Origin: an uncultured virus (IMG/VR IMGVR_UViG_3300007956_000001)
Lineage: Duplodnaviria > Heunggongvirae > Uroviricota > Caudoviricetes
Strand: one strand, 5' to 3'
DNA length: 64,000 nucleotides
Virus record (IMG/VR): IMGVR_UViG_3300007956_000001
Location: 1 to 64,000 of that record
The position numbers were made by a program, and so were the translations under genes. The notes below the pieces were generated by a model. The model worked only from the letters and a program-made list of their open reading frames with translations, was not told the DNA's origin and made no database searches. Shown here piece after piece: positions 28,313 to 38,700 of this stretch. Numbering within the stretch: the stretch's first letter is position 1; each line of letters opens with the position of its first letter.

Positions 28313-30631
28313 ATGAGCGTACCTGAATTTCAAAGTAAAAGAGTTATAAAACTTGCTCAAGATGCATTATCGACTAGTCGGTATCAGTATCTAAGTTTAC
28401 CAGAGGCAGAACCAGACCTTGGTGATCCAATAATAGGACCATCATCAATTGGGGCAAAACCATTTCCTCAAGGTGATGCATATATCCTTGCATCGTATGG
28501 TGGAACATCATTTGGACCTAGTAGATACTGGGTTCCAACTAATGCACTTTCGGGTCTTGGTTTAGGTGCTGTTCCTGGTGCTGTTACTATTAGAGATGAA
28601 GGAATTCTTGTTGGTTCAGCAAGTAGTTTCTTTACTTTGGACTTTGTTGGTGCTGGTGTATCAGTAGCATATGTTGGTACGTCATCATCTGAACAAACAG
28701 GTATTGCAACAATTATTGTAGACAGTGCTGCCGAAGGTGACCTTGGGCAGTTCCAAATGAAAGGGGCAGATGGATTCTTAGAAGAAATCCCCGAACTCTT
28801 TTATTATGCAGATGTAAGTAACGTTGGATTTGGCACAACCGTAGCAACAGAGAGATTACACGTTTCTGGAGTAGGAACAGAAGGGAAAGTAAAAGCAAAT
28901 GCCTTTATTGGAAATCCAGAAGCAATTACCGGCGCAACAACTCTTCGTCCAGGTGATGATGAAGCAACTTTCAGTAAGATAGGAAAATTAAGAGCAGGAT
29001 ATATCAACGTAAATACAATAAGTGCCCCTGATGCTACTGGTGTTAATACATCACTTATTGATTCCCTAGTTAGTACAAGATTTAATGCTGATTACATTAA
29101 TTCTGGAGTAACTACTTCCACAACATTAGAGTCAACAGTATTTGAAACGGAAGATGAACATATAACTGGTGTATCTACCGTCTATCGTCAAGTTGGCACA
29201 TACTCTAGTGTTGGTTTAGCAACTATTACTGAGTTAAAGTCAACTAATCAGAGTTTTTCTGGTATTACCAGTATTTTTGACGCAGATATAGACTATGCTA
29301 CTATTGGATATACAACTACAACTAATGCAAATATTGGAGTAGCAACTATTCAGTATGTTAATGCTGTTGATGCAAATATTGGGGTAGCAACCATTTCAAC
29401 TGCAGATATTACAAGTGAAGACGTTGAGTTTTCAACTGTAGGAATTGCAACTGTTGGCATTTCAACTGTAACATACGGTTATATTGGGGTAGCAACTATT
29501 GCAAATCTTACTGCAATTAATGTCAACCTAGAAGGTGGTGGAACAGGAAATATTTCAATTGCAAATACATTAAGTGTTGCAAGCATCGCAGCAACTGATA
29601 TTTCAGTTACTAATAGAATAGGAATTAAAACTGATGCTGCATATGAATTGGATGTTAATGGTGATGTTCGATTCAACGGTTTAATTTATACAACTAATGG
29701 AAGAGGTGTTTCTGGTGAAGTCTTAACCTCACAAGGTCCAAATCCAGCAAGGTGGTCTCCAGCACAAAATGTTACTGTTGGTGCTGCTGCATCTGTTAGT
29801 ATTTTAGATAACTCCACAGATCAACTATTCAATTTGATGTTTACGGAGACTGTAGATGATACAGGAACTCCACAAGTTGATGATGGCAACTTAGTTTATA
29901 ACCCCTCATCAAATTACTTGGGAGTTGGTAATACAGTTCCTCAGTTTAATGTGGATGTTAATGGTAATATTAATTTCACTGGAACATTATACGAAAATGG
30001 TGAAATTTATATTGCATCAAACTGGGAGAAGGATGGCAATGAAAATATTTGGAAGACTGATGGTAAGGTTGGCATTGGTACAACCGTAACAAGTGATTAT
30101 GCGGCACAACTATTAGTACAAGGTAGAAGTGAATTTGAAGGTGATGTTATTGTAGATAGCAACTATAAAGTTGGTATCGGTTCAACAACACCTAGGTCAT
30201 CATTGGACTTATTGGGTGATGCTAGACTTGCTGGATATGCACACTTTGAGGGTGCAGTAACAGAGAACATCATTGGTGATTTTGCTGATGAATTTGTTCC
30301 TAATGGTTCTGGTAAACTAACTATTGATGTTTCTACGTCAACTATTGCAGTTGGATTCCTAACAACAACAGTTTCGGAGTGGGCATTTACTGGCATCAAT
30401 ACAGAAACATCTAAATCAACTACAATCACTCTTATCGTTGATTCAGACTCATTAATTACTTATGGTGAGCAGTGCAGTATCAATGGAACTAGTGTTTCAG
30501 GTGGAGTACGTTGGCCAGGTGGTATTGCACCAAACCCAACAAATAATGAAGATATTCTAAGTTTTGCTCTTCTCAAAGATTCAACAGGAGCAATTAGAGT
30601 TTACGGAACATCATCACTCAACTTCAGTTAA
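28313..30631 (+). CDS. Tail fibre protein
   Basis: VGIGT...L.V.G fibre repeats, IGVATI repeats, C-terminal VRWPGGIAP...DILSF domain. Confidence 0.7.
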   Translation: MSVPEFQSKRVIKLAQDALSTSRYQYLSLPEAEPDLGDPIIGPSSIGAKPFPQGDAYILASYGGTSFGPSRYWVPTNALSGLGLGAVPGAVTIRDEGILVGSASSFFTLDFVGAGVSVAYVGTSSSEQTGIATIIVDSAAEGDLGQFQMKGADGFLEEIPELFYYADVSNVGFGTTVATERLHVSGVGTEGKVKANAFIGNPEAITGATTLRPGDDEATFSKIGKLRAGYINVNTISAPDATGVNTSLIDSLVSTRFNADYINSGVTTSTTLESTVFETEDEHITGVSTVYRQVGTYSSVGLATITELKSTNQSFSGITSIFDADIDYATIGYTTTTNANIGVATIQYVNAVDANIGVATISTADITSEDVEFSTVGIATVGISTVTYGYIGVATIANLTAINVNLEGGGTGNISIANTLSVASIAATDISVTNRIGIKTDAAYELDVNGDVRFNGLIYTTNGRGVSGEVLTSQGPNPARWSPAQNVTVGAAASVSILDNSTDQLFNLMFTETVDDTGTPQVDDGNLVYNPSSNYLGVGNTVPQFNVDVNGNINFTGTLYENGEIYIASNWEKDGNENIWKTDGKVGIGTTVTSDYAAQLLVQGRSEFEGDVIVDSNYKVGIGSTTPRSSLDLLGDARLAGYAHFEGAVTENIIGDFADEFVPNGSGKLTIDVSTSTIAVGFLTTTVSEWAFTGINTETSKSTTITLIVDSDSLITYGEQCSINGTSVSGGVRWPGGIAPNPTNNEDILSFALLKDSTGAIRVYGTSSLNFS

Positions 30632-30640
30632 TATTAAATT

Positions 30641-31204
30641 ATGCCCGTTTCATTTGGTTTATATAAAAACTTCAAGACTGCTGATTTCCGTGACCCTGGA
30701 GTTATCTATGGTGATTACTTTGTATTCAACTACAAAATTAGTGATGGAAATGATTTAGATATTAGATTTGGTTTCTTAAATCCCAATGTCTCTGGATATT
30801 TGGGATGGGGTGCTCAAGATAGACTCACAGTCAATGGTGTTGACGTTGCATTCTGGGCAGGTGATAACACGGGAACAGGAACAGAAATGGTCTATATTGA
30901 TAGGTCAGCACTTTTTAGTGTATATCCAACAATTACTGAGATAGAAGTTGATTTACGTGGTTTCTGGTATTACACTATAGGTGTAAACCCTATTGTCGTA
31001 AACATGGATGCTTATCAGGGTGGTAGTATGGTAGAGTCTGGTGTCTCTTGGGAAAATCCCACTGCAACAAATACATTCCCTGCTGCACGTTCATTTACTA
31101 ATACTATTTCTTTTCAGACCCAGAACGCACAAACACAAGGTCAAAGAATTGCAAGGTCAATTATAGACTTTGATACGGAAACGGTTTCATACTTTGCCAA
31201 TTAG
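30641..31204 (+). CDS. Hypothetical protein, probably structural
   Basis: 187 aa; DLDIR...WAGDNTGTGTE; ends the fibre cluster. Confidence 0.55.
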   Translation: MPVSFGLYKNFKTADFRDPGVIYGDYFVFNYKISDGNDLDIRFGFLNPNVSGYLGWGAQDRLTVNGVDVAFWAGDNTGTGTEMVYIDRSALFSVYPTITEIEVDLRGFWYYTIGVNPIVVNMDAYQGGSMVESGVSWENPTATNTFPAARSFTNTISFQTQNAQTQGQRIARSIIDFDTETVSYFAN

Positions 31205-31222
31205 ATAACTGGCACAAGACTT

Positions 31223-31251
31223 TTGACATGTCGAAAAGTCTATGCTATAAT
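31223..31251 (+). promoter_or_regulatory. Consensus sigma70 (early) promoter with overlapping near-palindrome
   Basis: TTGACA-17 bp-TATAAT with TGn; GACTTTTGACATGTCGAAAAGTC near-palindrome. Confidence 0.85.
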
Positions 31252-31273
31252 ACGTTGGTAAGACGAATTTACC

Positions 31274-31441
31274 ATGAACATTTCTAGAAGCACACTTAGT
31301 CAACTGACTGAGTTGCATGAGGATACAGCTGAATATTTTTGTCATGAAAATTTTCCAGTTAGTGGGGAACTTTATTGGACATGTATTCAAGCATTGGCAG
31401 AAGCAAAACTTGCAGAACTTAAGGGAGAACTTTTAGTTTGA
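31274..31441 (+). CDS. Small hypothetical protein (55 aa)
   Basis: Manual translation MNISRSTL...SGELYWTCIQALAEAKLAELKGELLV*, directly after the promoter. Confidence 0.65.
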   Translation: MNISRSTLSQLTELHEDTAEYFCHENFPVSGELYWTCIQALAEAKLAELKGELLV

Positions 31442-31647
31442 TTAAAGCAAATAAAGTAGAAATCGAAAAAAGAGTAAAAACTACCCCAACAAATGTTAAG
31501 GAAGCAAATACAGCACTGTTTCATGCTACAATGAATCTCCCAGCAGCAGCAAGGCATTGTGGAATGACTTTAAAGGAAATGAAGTTGACTTTTTGGGAAT
31601 ACCTAAAGTATAATCCTCCTAGTTATGAAAGTAATATTTTAAAATAA
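31438..31647 (+). CDS. Hypothetical protein, possibly HTH-like
   Basis: MNLPAAARHCGMT.KEMK segment. Confidence 0.55.
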   Translation: MIKANKVEIEKRVKTTPTNVKEANTALFHATMNLPAAARHCGMTLKEMKLTFWEYLKYNPPSYESNILK

Positions 31648-31671
31648 ATAAAAATAACATGGTATTGTATT

Positions 31672-31935
31672 ATGACATACAAAATCACTTCAAATTATTG
31701 CTTTCACAATAGCACTATAGTAGATATGTATTTCATAAACGGAATACCTTTTACATTTGATTCTATAACTACAATAATGGAAGATGACCCTTATGTTATA
31801 ATGGAAGCAAAAGACAACGTTTCTTATGAATCCAAAGACATGTACAACTGGTCAAATTATTTAATTATGGAAGAGTGTCATCCACTCATTTATGAATTAG
31901 AATTAGAAAATCCAGAGGAAATGCCTAAAGATTAA
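31672..31935 (+). CDS. Hypothetical protein
   Basis: 87 aa ORF; ATAAATA at 31644-31650. Confidence 0.6.
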   Translation: MTYKITSNYCFHNSTIVDMYFINGIPFTFDSITTIMEDDPYVIMEAKDNVSYESKDMYNWSNYLIMEECHPLIYELELENPEEMPKD

Positions 31936-31936
31936 T

Positions 31937-32010
31937 GGGGTTGTAGCTCAGTTGGTTAGAGCGCCTGCCTGTCACGCAGGAAGTCGTGGGTTCAAGTCCC
32001 ATCAATCCCG
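31937..32010 (+). tRNA. tRNA-Asp(GTC)
   Basis: Cloverleaf: acceptor GGGGTTG/CAATCCC, anticodon arm CCTGC-CTGTCAC-GCAGG, TTCAAGT loop. Confidence 0.95.
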
Positions 32011-32013
32011 TAT

Positions 32014-32085
32014 GCCTTTGTAGCTCAGTGGTAGAGCAGGGCTTTTGTAAAGCTCAGGTCGCAAGTTCAAATCTTGTCGAAGGCT
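32014..32085 (+). tRNA. tRNA-Thr(TGT)
   Basis: Acceptor GCCTTTG/CGAAGGC, anticodon loop TTTGTAA, TTCAAAT loop. Confidence 0.93.
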
Positions 32086-32100
32086 TTTTATTTTGTTATT

Positions 32101-32661
32101 ATGATACATAAAGTAGTAAAGTCAAACTATTTCTTAAAATTTGAAGAAGAAGATATAAAAAATATAAAAAATTCTTGCTTACATTTACCTTATACTGAGC
32201 AAAAGATATCTTATGAGGATGATAAACAATATCGTTTAACTAGCATTGCTTATCCGAATCATTTAGATGCTGAAAATTACTCAAAAGTAAGTGGAATAAT
32301 TCAGAAATATCTACAAAAATATAATGATATATATTTTAACTATGATTTAGATGGTCATTTGGATATCCAATTGCTTAAATATTATCCGAATGGAAATTAT
32401 AAATGGCATTGTGATTACGGTTCAAGTCATATTGAAGGTTCTGTAAGAAAATTGAGTTTAAGTGTTCAATTTAGTCATTCCTCAGATTATGGGGATGGTG
32501 AATTGGAATTAATAAATCAATATGGACAACATATATTTTTAGGAAAAGAATATGGTGATACCGTAATATTCAACTCAAAAACACCTCATAAAGCACATTC
32601 AGTATCATTTGGAATTCGTGATGTTTTGGTTGTTTGGGCAACTGGCCCAGAATTTAGATAA
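32101..32661 (+). CDS. 2OG-Fe(II) oxygenase (prolyl-hydroxylase/PKHD-like)
   Basis: YKWHCD, RKLSLSVQ, YGDGEL, PHKAH, R..LV.W..GP; start moved to ATG 32101, outside the tRNA. Confidence 0.85.
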   Translation: MIHKVVKSNYFLKFEEEDIKNIKNSCLHLPYTEQKISYEDDKQYRLTSIAYPNHLDAENYSKVSGIIQKYLQKYNDIYFNYDLDGHLDIQLLKYYPNGNYKWHCDYGSSHIEGSVRKLSLSVQFSHSSDYGDGELELINQYGQHIFLGKEYGDTVIFNSKTPHKAHSVSFGIRDVLVVWATGPEFR

Positions 32662-32715
32662 GTCTATTACGAGTCTTGATAAATAAGTTAGATAAAGTAT
32701 TATTGTTGTAATAAA

Positions 32716-35700
32716 ATGCCATTATCAAGACTAGAGAATTTTCTTAAGAATGCTGAAGGTAATATTCTTTATGTGAATCCATCGGATTTTGATGCTACTG
32801 ATAGTTTTGAAAATCAAGGTAATTCACTGACGAGACCATTCAAAACAATTCAGAGAGCATTAATAGAAGCAGCTAGATTCTCATACCAAACAGGTGAGAA
32901 TAATGATAGAATAGATAGAACGACTATTCTAGTTTATCCGGGAACTCACTACATTGATAACAGACCTGGTTATTCTATCGAAGAGATTGGTGGATCTGCA
33001 GTATATAAAAGAAGAACTGCTCCAGACATTTGGGAACAAACAACACTAACAGAATTTAATGAATTTACCAATTTTGATATTCTAAGTCCATCAAATGACT
33101 TATACAAGTACAACTCTGTAAGTGGTGGTGCTATACTGCCTAGAGGTACTTCAATTATTGGTTTGGACCTAAGAAAAACCAAAATTCGTCCATTATATGT
33201 TCCCGATCCAGAAGACGATAATATTGAGACCACAAGTATCTTAAACGTAACAGGTACTTGTTATTTTACTGCTTTTAGTTTATTTGACGCAGACCCAACA
33301 AAGAGTGTATATAAAGACTATTCTGGAACACAAGTAGTTCCTAACTACTCACACCATAAAGTAACCTGCTTTGAGTATGGTGACGGTGTAAATATGGTTG
33401 CTCTGGCAGGTTACCAGACATACCTATCTGACCTTGATATGTATTACTACAAGGTCGCAAAGGCATATGGTGATATTACTGGTAGAGGTCTTGGTGACTT
33501 CCCAGTAACCGAGGACTTTGAACCATCTGTCGATGAATTTAGAATTGTTGGTTCACTTGATGCAAACCCATTAGGAATTACCAGTATTAAAGCAGGTAAC
33601 GGTAATGGAACTGGTGATTTAAATGAGATTACAGTAACAACTTCAAACAAACTTACGGGAGATACTGCACCCCACAATCTATATGTTGATAGTCCATTCT
33701 TAATTAGTGGAGTAACAATAGATGGTGAATCATATAATGGTTCATACACAGTAAGTGATGTTGTTGGTATCAATACATTCAAATATACATCTAACCAAAC
33801 ACCACTCGACTTCTTACCTGACGTATCATTCTTCGATACTGCAACAGTTACAGTTGGTTCTGATACTGTAAGTTCTGCATCACCATATATCTTTAACTGT
33901 TCACTGAGATCAGTTTTTGGTATGAATGGTATGCACGCTGATGGTAGCAAAGCCACTGGATTCAAGTCAATGGTGACCGCTCAGTTCACTGGCGTTAGCC
34001 TTCAGAAAGATAATAATGCATTCATTCTATATGATAATGGCACCTTCTATGAAGAGAATACTCTTCCAGCAAATAGTTTATCGAAACCCCTACACACTAA
34101 TTCAAGGGCAATATTTAAACCAGATTGGGAAAACTTCCACATCAAGTGTTCAAATAATGCATTTATTCAGTGTGTTTCCATCTTTGCTATCGGTTTTGCA
34201 AAACACTTTGTGGCAGAGACTGGTGGAGACCAATCAATTACTAACTCCAACTCCAACTTCGGTAATACATCATTAGAAGCAGTTAGTTTCAAACCAGAAT
34301 CATTTGACAGAGATGATGTTGGTTATATTACACACATTGTTCCACCTAGAGGTCTACTCGGTGACGAGAACGAAGTAAACTGGTTGTCTCTTGATGTAGA
34401 GAAGACAATCAACTCACCAGATCCATCAAGACTTTATATTTTCGACCAAACTAACGAAGATACTGTCCCACCTTATCAAATTGATGGATTTAGAATTGGT
34501 GCTAGAGATGGTGATACTTTAAGTTTAACAGTTACAGTAGGTACGGCACAGACAACATATACTGCACCTATTTTAATGCCTGTACCATTTGGAGACAGGG
34601 TATCCGCAAGAAAAGAATATGAAGTAAATAGAAATAATGGTCAAAACCTTATTAGTAATAATACTATCAATCTAACAGAAACTCACCAGTTCCTTAATGG
34701 TGAGAGAATTAGAGTCTTTAGTGACACTGGACAAACTCCCGATGGTTTGGATAATGAGGGAATTTATTATGCTATTACTGGTGGTGGACTTAGCTCAAAT
34801 CAGTTAAAGATTGCTCAATCCCTAAATGATGCGATATCAGATACTCCTGTTTTAGGAATCAATAATAATGGTGGTATTCTAAAAATTGTAAGTAGAGTAT
34901 CAGATAAAGTTCCTGGTCAACTTGGGCACCCAATACAATGGGACCCAGTAGAAAATAACTGGTATTTAATTAGTGACAATGATGGTAGTGTAAACAGAAT
35001 TTACACAGCAATCGTTACTACTGGTCTTGCAACCTTAGGTGAAGAAACATCTGCAGCTTTCTTCAGAAGAAAGTCAGATAATCGTTCCATTGATGATAAA
35101 GTATATAGATTACGTTATGTAATCCCTAAGGAATACGATAATGCTAAACCACCTGAAGCAGGATATGTAGTTCAAGAATCAAAAACTGTTGGTGTAACTA
35201 GTGTTTCATATACGAATGATGTACTAACGAATACAAAAGATTTAAGAAACGAAAGAGTTATTGTTAATGCAGTTGCAGCACCAGTAATTGCTGATTCACA
35301 AGTTATTACTTTAACGACCGAGTTACCTCACGGATTTATCGAAGGTGATGAAGTAAAGGTACAAAAAATTAGAAGTACAAATAATCCACTATCTGTTGGA
35401 ATTGTTTCAACTTATAATGGAATTTATACCATTACAAATATCCTTAATAGTAAGCAATTCCAATATATTACTGATGGTGTAAGAGTAGAACCCGGAACAT
35501 TTGCCAATGATATTAATTTAAGAAATACACGACAACAGAGAGAAGCACTACCAGTAGTTTCAAGAGATGAATATAAAGAATCATATTTCATCTATCGTGT
35601 CAATCAAGTTAAAAAGCATGTACCTGGTGATGATGGACAAGACGGAATTTATCATCTAGTTTGTTTAAACTCATCGGTATCACCTGATTCCAATGTGGGA

Positions 35701-38700
35701 TATGGATTATATACAAAACAATTCTCTCAGGACGTAAGAAACCTTTACCCTCAACAAGATAGAGATAACTTAAATACTAATCCAAAATCATCAGTAAGTT
35801 ACTCCGACTTAAAAGTTATTGGTGATGTCATTACTAATGATAAACGTCACTCTATCACTAGAGAAGGTCTAGATTATTTCATTAAAGGAACTAAAGTTGG
35901 TTATGCAGTAACTCAACTAGACTTATCTGGAACTAATAACTCAACAATTACTGTATTCACTGATGTTGAACATAATTTAAATTCAATTAAAACCTTCACA
36001 AATACTGCTGGTTCTGGTTATACACCATCTTCTACTTTATTTTCAGTACAATTAACCGCAATTTCATCAAATGGTGAAGGTGCTACGGCAAAAGTAACCA
36101 CAGATGCTACTGGTGGTATTTCTAATGTTGAACTTCTTGACCCTGGTTCTGCATATGCAGTTGGTGATGATTTAAGTATTCCTGGTGGAACAGTAAATGC
36201 CACTATATCAATTACTGGAATTAATGACAATACTACTGATGCTATCGAACTCAATGGATATTATGTTGATGACTTAAATGATGCATTTGAAGTTAATAGT
36301 ATTCCATCAGCAAAATCAATTGTACTAAATGCACCTTTAGGTATTAGTACAAATGATCCTAATAGTAGTGGTGAACTTGGATATGTAATTCCATCTGGAA
36401 ATGTTGTATCTATTTCTGCTTTTGAAATGTCGGATACCGAAACTGGTATTGCAACATTTACTACATCAAATAGTCATGGATTATTTGCAGGTAACAATAT
36501 CAATATCGTAAGCACGGGTATTACAGCATTTGATGCAAGTGTATTAGTTAAGGGTGTTGTTGGTCTAACTACATTTACAGTTGAGATTTTAGGTGCTGGT
36601 TCAACAGCACTTGGTTCAACAGGAAAAGTTATAAAAAGAGTTTTCTCCTCTAATGCAAAAACTCTTGGTAGAGGTGAGGAAAATATTGCTTCTAGAGCAA
36701 CTACACTTTATGATAAAAAAATAAATTATGTAAACTCGGCATTTGACAATACATCTACAACAATTAATTTCTCTGATCCAGATTCAGTAATTAGAGGTGA
36801 GTATTATCAGATTAATAATGAAATTGTAAGAATCTCAGGTTCATCAAATCCATTTAGTGTATTACGTGGTAAGTTTGGAACTATAAAAACTACGGCATTA
36901 GCAAATACTTTAGCAAGAAAAATCTTCCCAATTCCTTCAGAATTGAGAAGACCATCATTCATGAGAGCATCTGGACATACATTTGAATATCTTGGATTTG
37001 GTCCAGGTAACTATTCAACTGGTATGCCACAGAAGCAGAATAGAATTCTGTCTGAGCAGGAAGTTCTTAAGTCTCAGTCTAAAGAACAACGAGGTGGTTC
37101 AGTTGTTTACACTGGTATGAATGACCTTGGTGAATTTTTCTCTGGAAGTAAGAAACTAAGTTCTGCAACTGGTGAGGAAAGTGTAGTTGATGCACCTGTT
37201 ATCACATACACTGGTGATGATGCTGAGGGTGAAAATACAAACCTTTCAAGTGGAATTTTTGACGAACTTCTAGTAAGAAGAAGAATTACTGTTGAGGGTG
37301 GTGAGAATACCAACCAGACATCACAATTCTATGGTCCAGTAAACTTTACAAACAAAGTAACCAATACTTCAGAATTAGGTATTGAGACTAAGAATTTATT
37401 CTTAAAAGGAAATGCACAGCAAGCAAAACTACTAACAGTTGGTATTTCTACTCCAACTTCTAGTGCAAAAACTCCTGGTGACATCAAATTTATCTCTAAC
37501 CCAATTGATGGTTACATTGGTCACGTTTATACCGAAGGTGAATGGAGACAGTGGGGATTCATTAGTGCAGTTGCCGATGAAAAGACTCTAATGATAGATC
37601 ATCTGGGAATCGGCAATGTTCCTGTTCCTCAGAACTTAATAAAATTAAGAGTAAGTGATCAAACAATCCTAGAGAATGTACAAATAACTGGTGTTTTAAC
37701 ACTAGACCAAGGACAGGAACTTGGTGATGTTATCTTCCAAGATATTACAGTAAGAGGAACTGGATACTTTACCAATTCCAAGATTGACCCCGTTACTGGT
37801 CTAACACCATATAGAACTCTCCTTTGTGAAGGTGGAACTCAGGAATTCTTTAATGTAGAAGTTGTCGGTTTCACTACATTCACTGGTAGGGTTGACTTCT
37901 TATCTAATGTTTATGGAATTGGTGGTAGATTTGGTAATATTAATGTTGGTATCTTCAACGATAATGCAATTACTAAAGTTTCTGGAACTGGTGCTCTAGT
38001 ATTAGATAGTGATCCTAATGATAGAAATGGTGTTGTAAGAGTTGAAGATAATTTACAAATTCTTTCTAATGTAAATGCGAATGTTTATCAAACTTGGACA
38101 ACAAGAGATAGTTTGGGCATTAATACTGATATTAGTGCTAAATTAGAAATCAAAACAATTAATGTTGGAACTGATAGTGCCAATTTCGATTTAGGTATTG
38201 GAAATACTTCTGGATCTGCAAAGATAGCATTACACACTAAAGATGGTGAATATTCTGGTGGTACGTTTGTAATCGATGATTCATCTAATGGCAATACTAT
38301 TATTTCTAAAAGAGGTGAAAATAAAACATTAACCGTTCAAGCACTAGATTCTGGTGCTGACATTAACTTTACTGTTGGTACAAATCAAAACTTCAATATT
38401 ACATCACTTGGTCATTATCACTTTGAGAATAGCAATAGTGGCACAGAACTTTCTGGAAATCATTTAAAACTCAACCAAAAAGGTAATGGTGATGTTGTTC
38501 TATCTTGGCATAGATCTAAGAATAATGCAAACGTTCGTTGGTATGCAGGTATTGATGCTAGTGATGGAAATTCTTGGAAACTCGCAAATCCAACAACAAC
38601 AACTGCTGCTGGAAGTGAGCAATTTACCAGAGCATCAGAAACAAAATTAAAGATTGATACTAGTGGTAATACTAATATTCTAGGAACTTTAGATGTTGGT

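Noticed and set aside
29320..29510. Repeated ATTGG(A/G)GTAGCAAC units as a DNA-level array
   Set aside because: Explained by the IGVATI peptide repeats of the fibre shaft; irregular spacing
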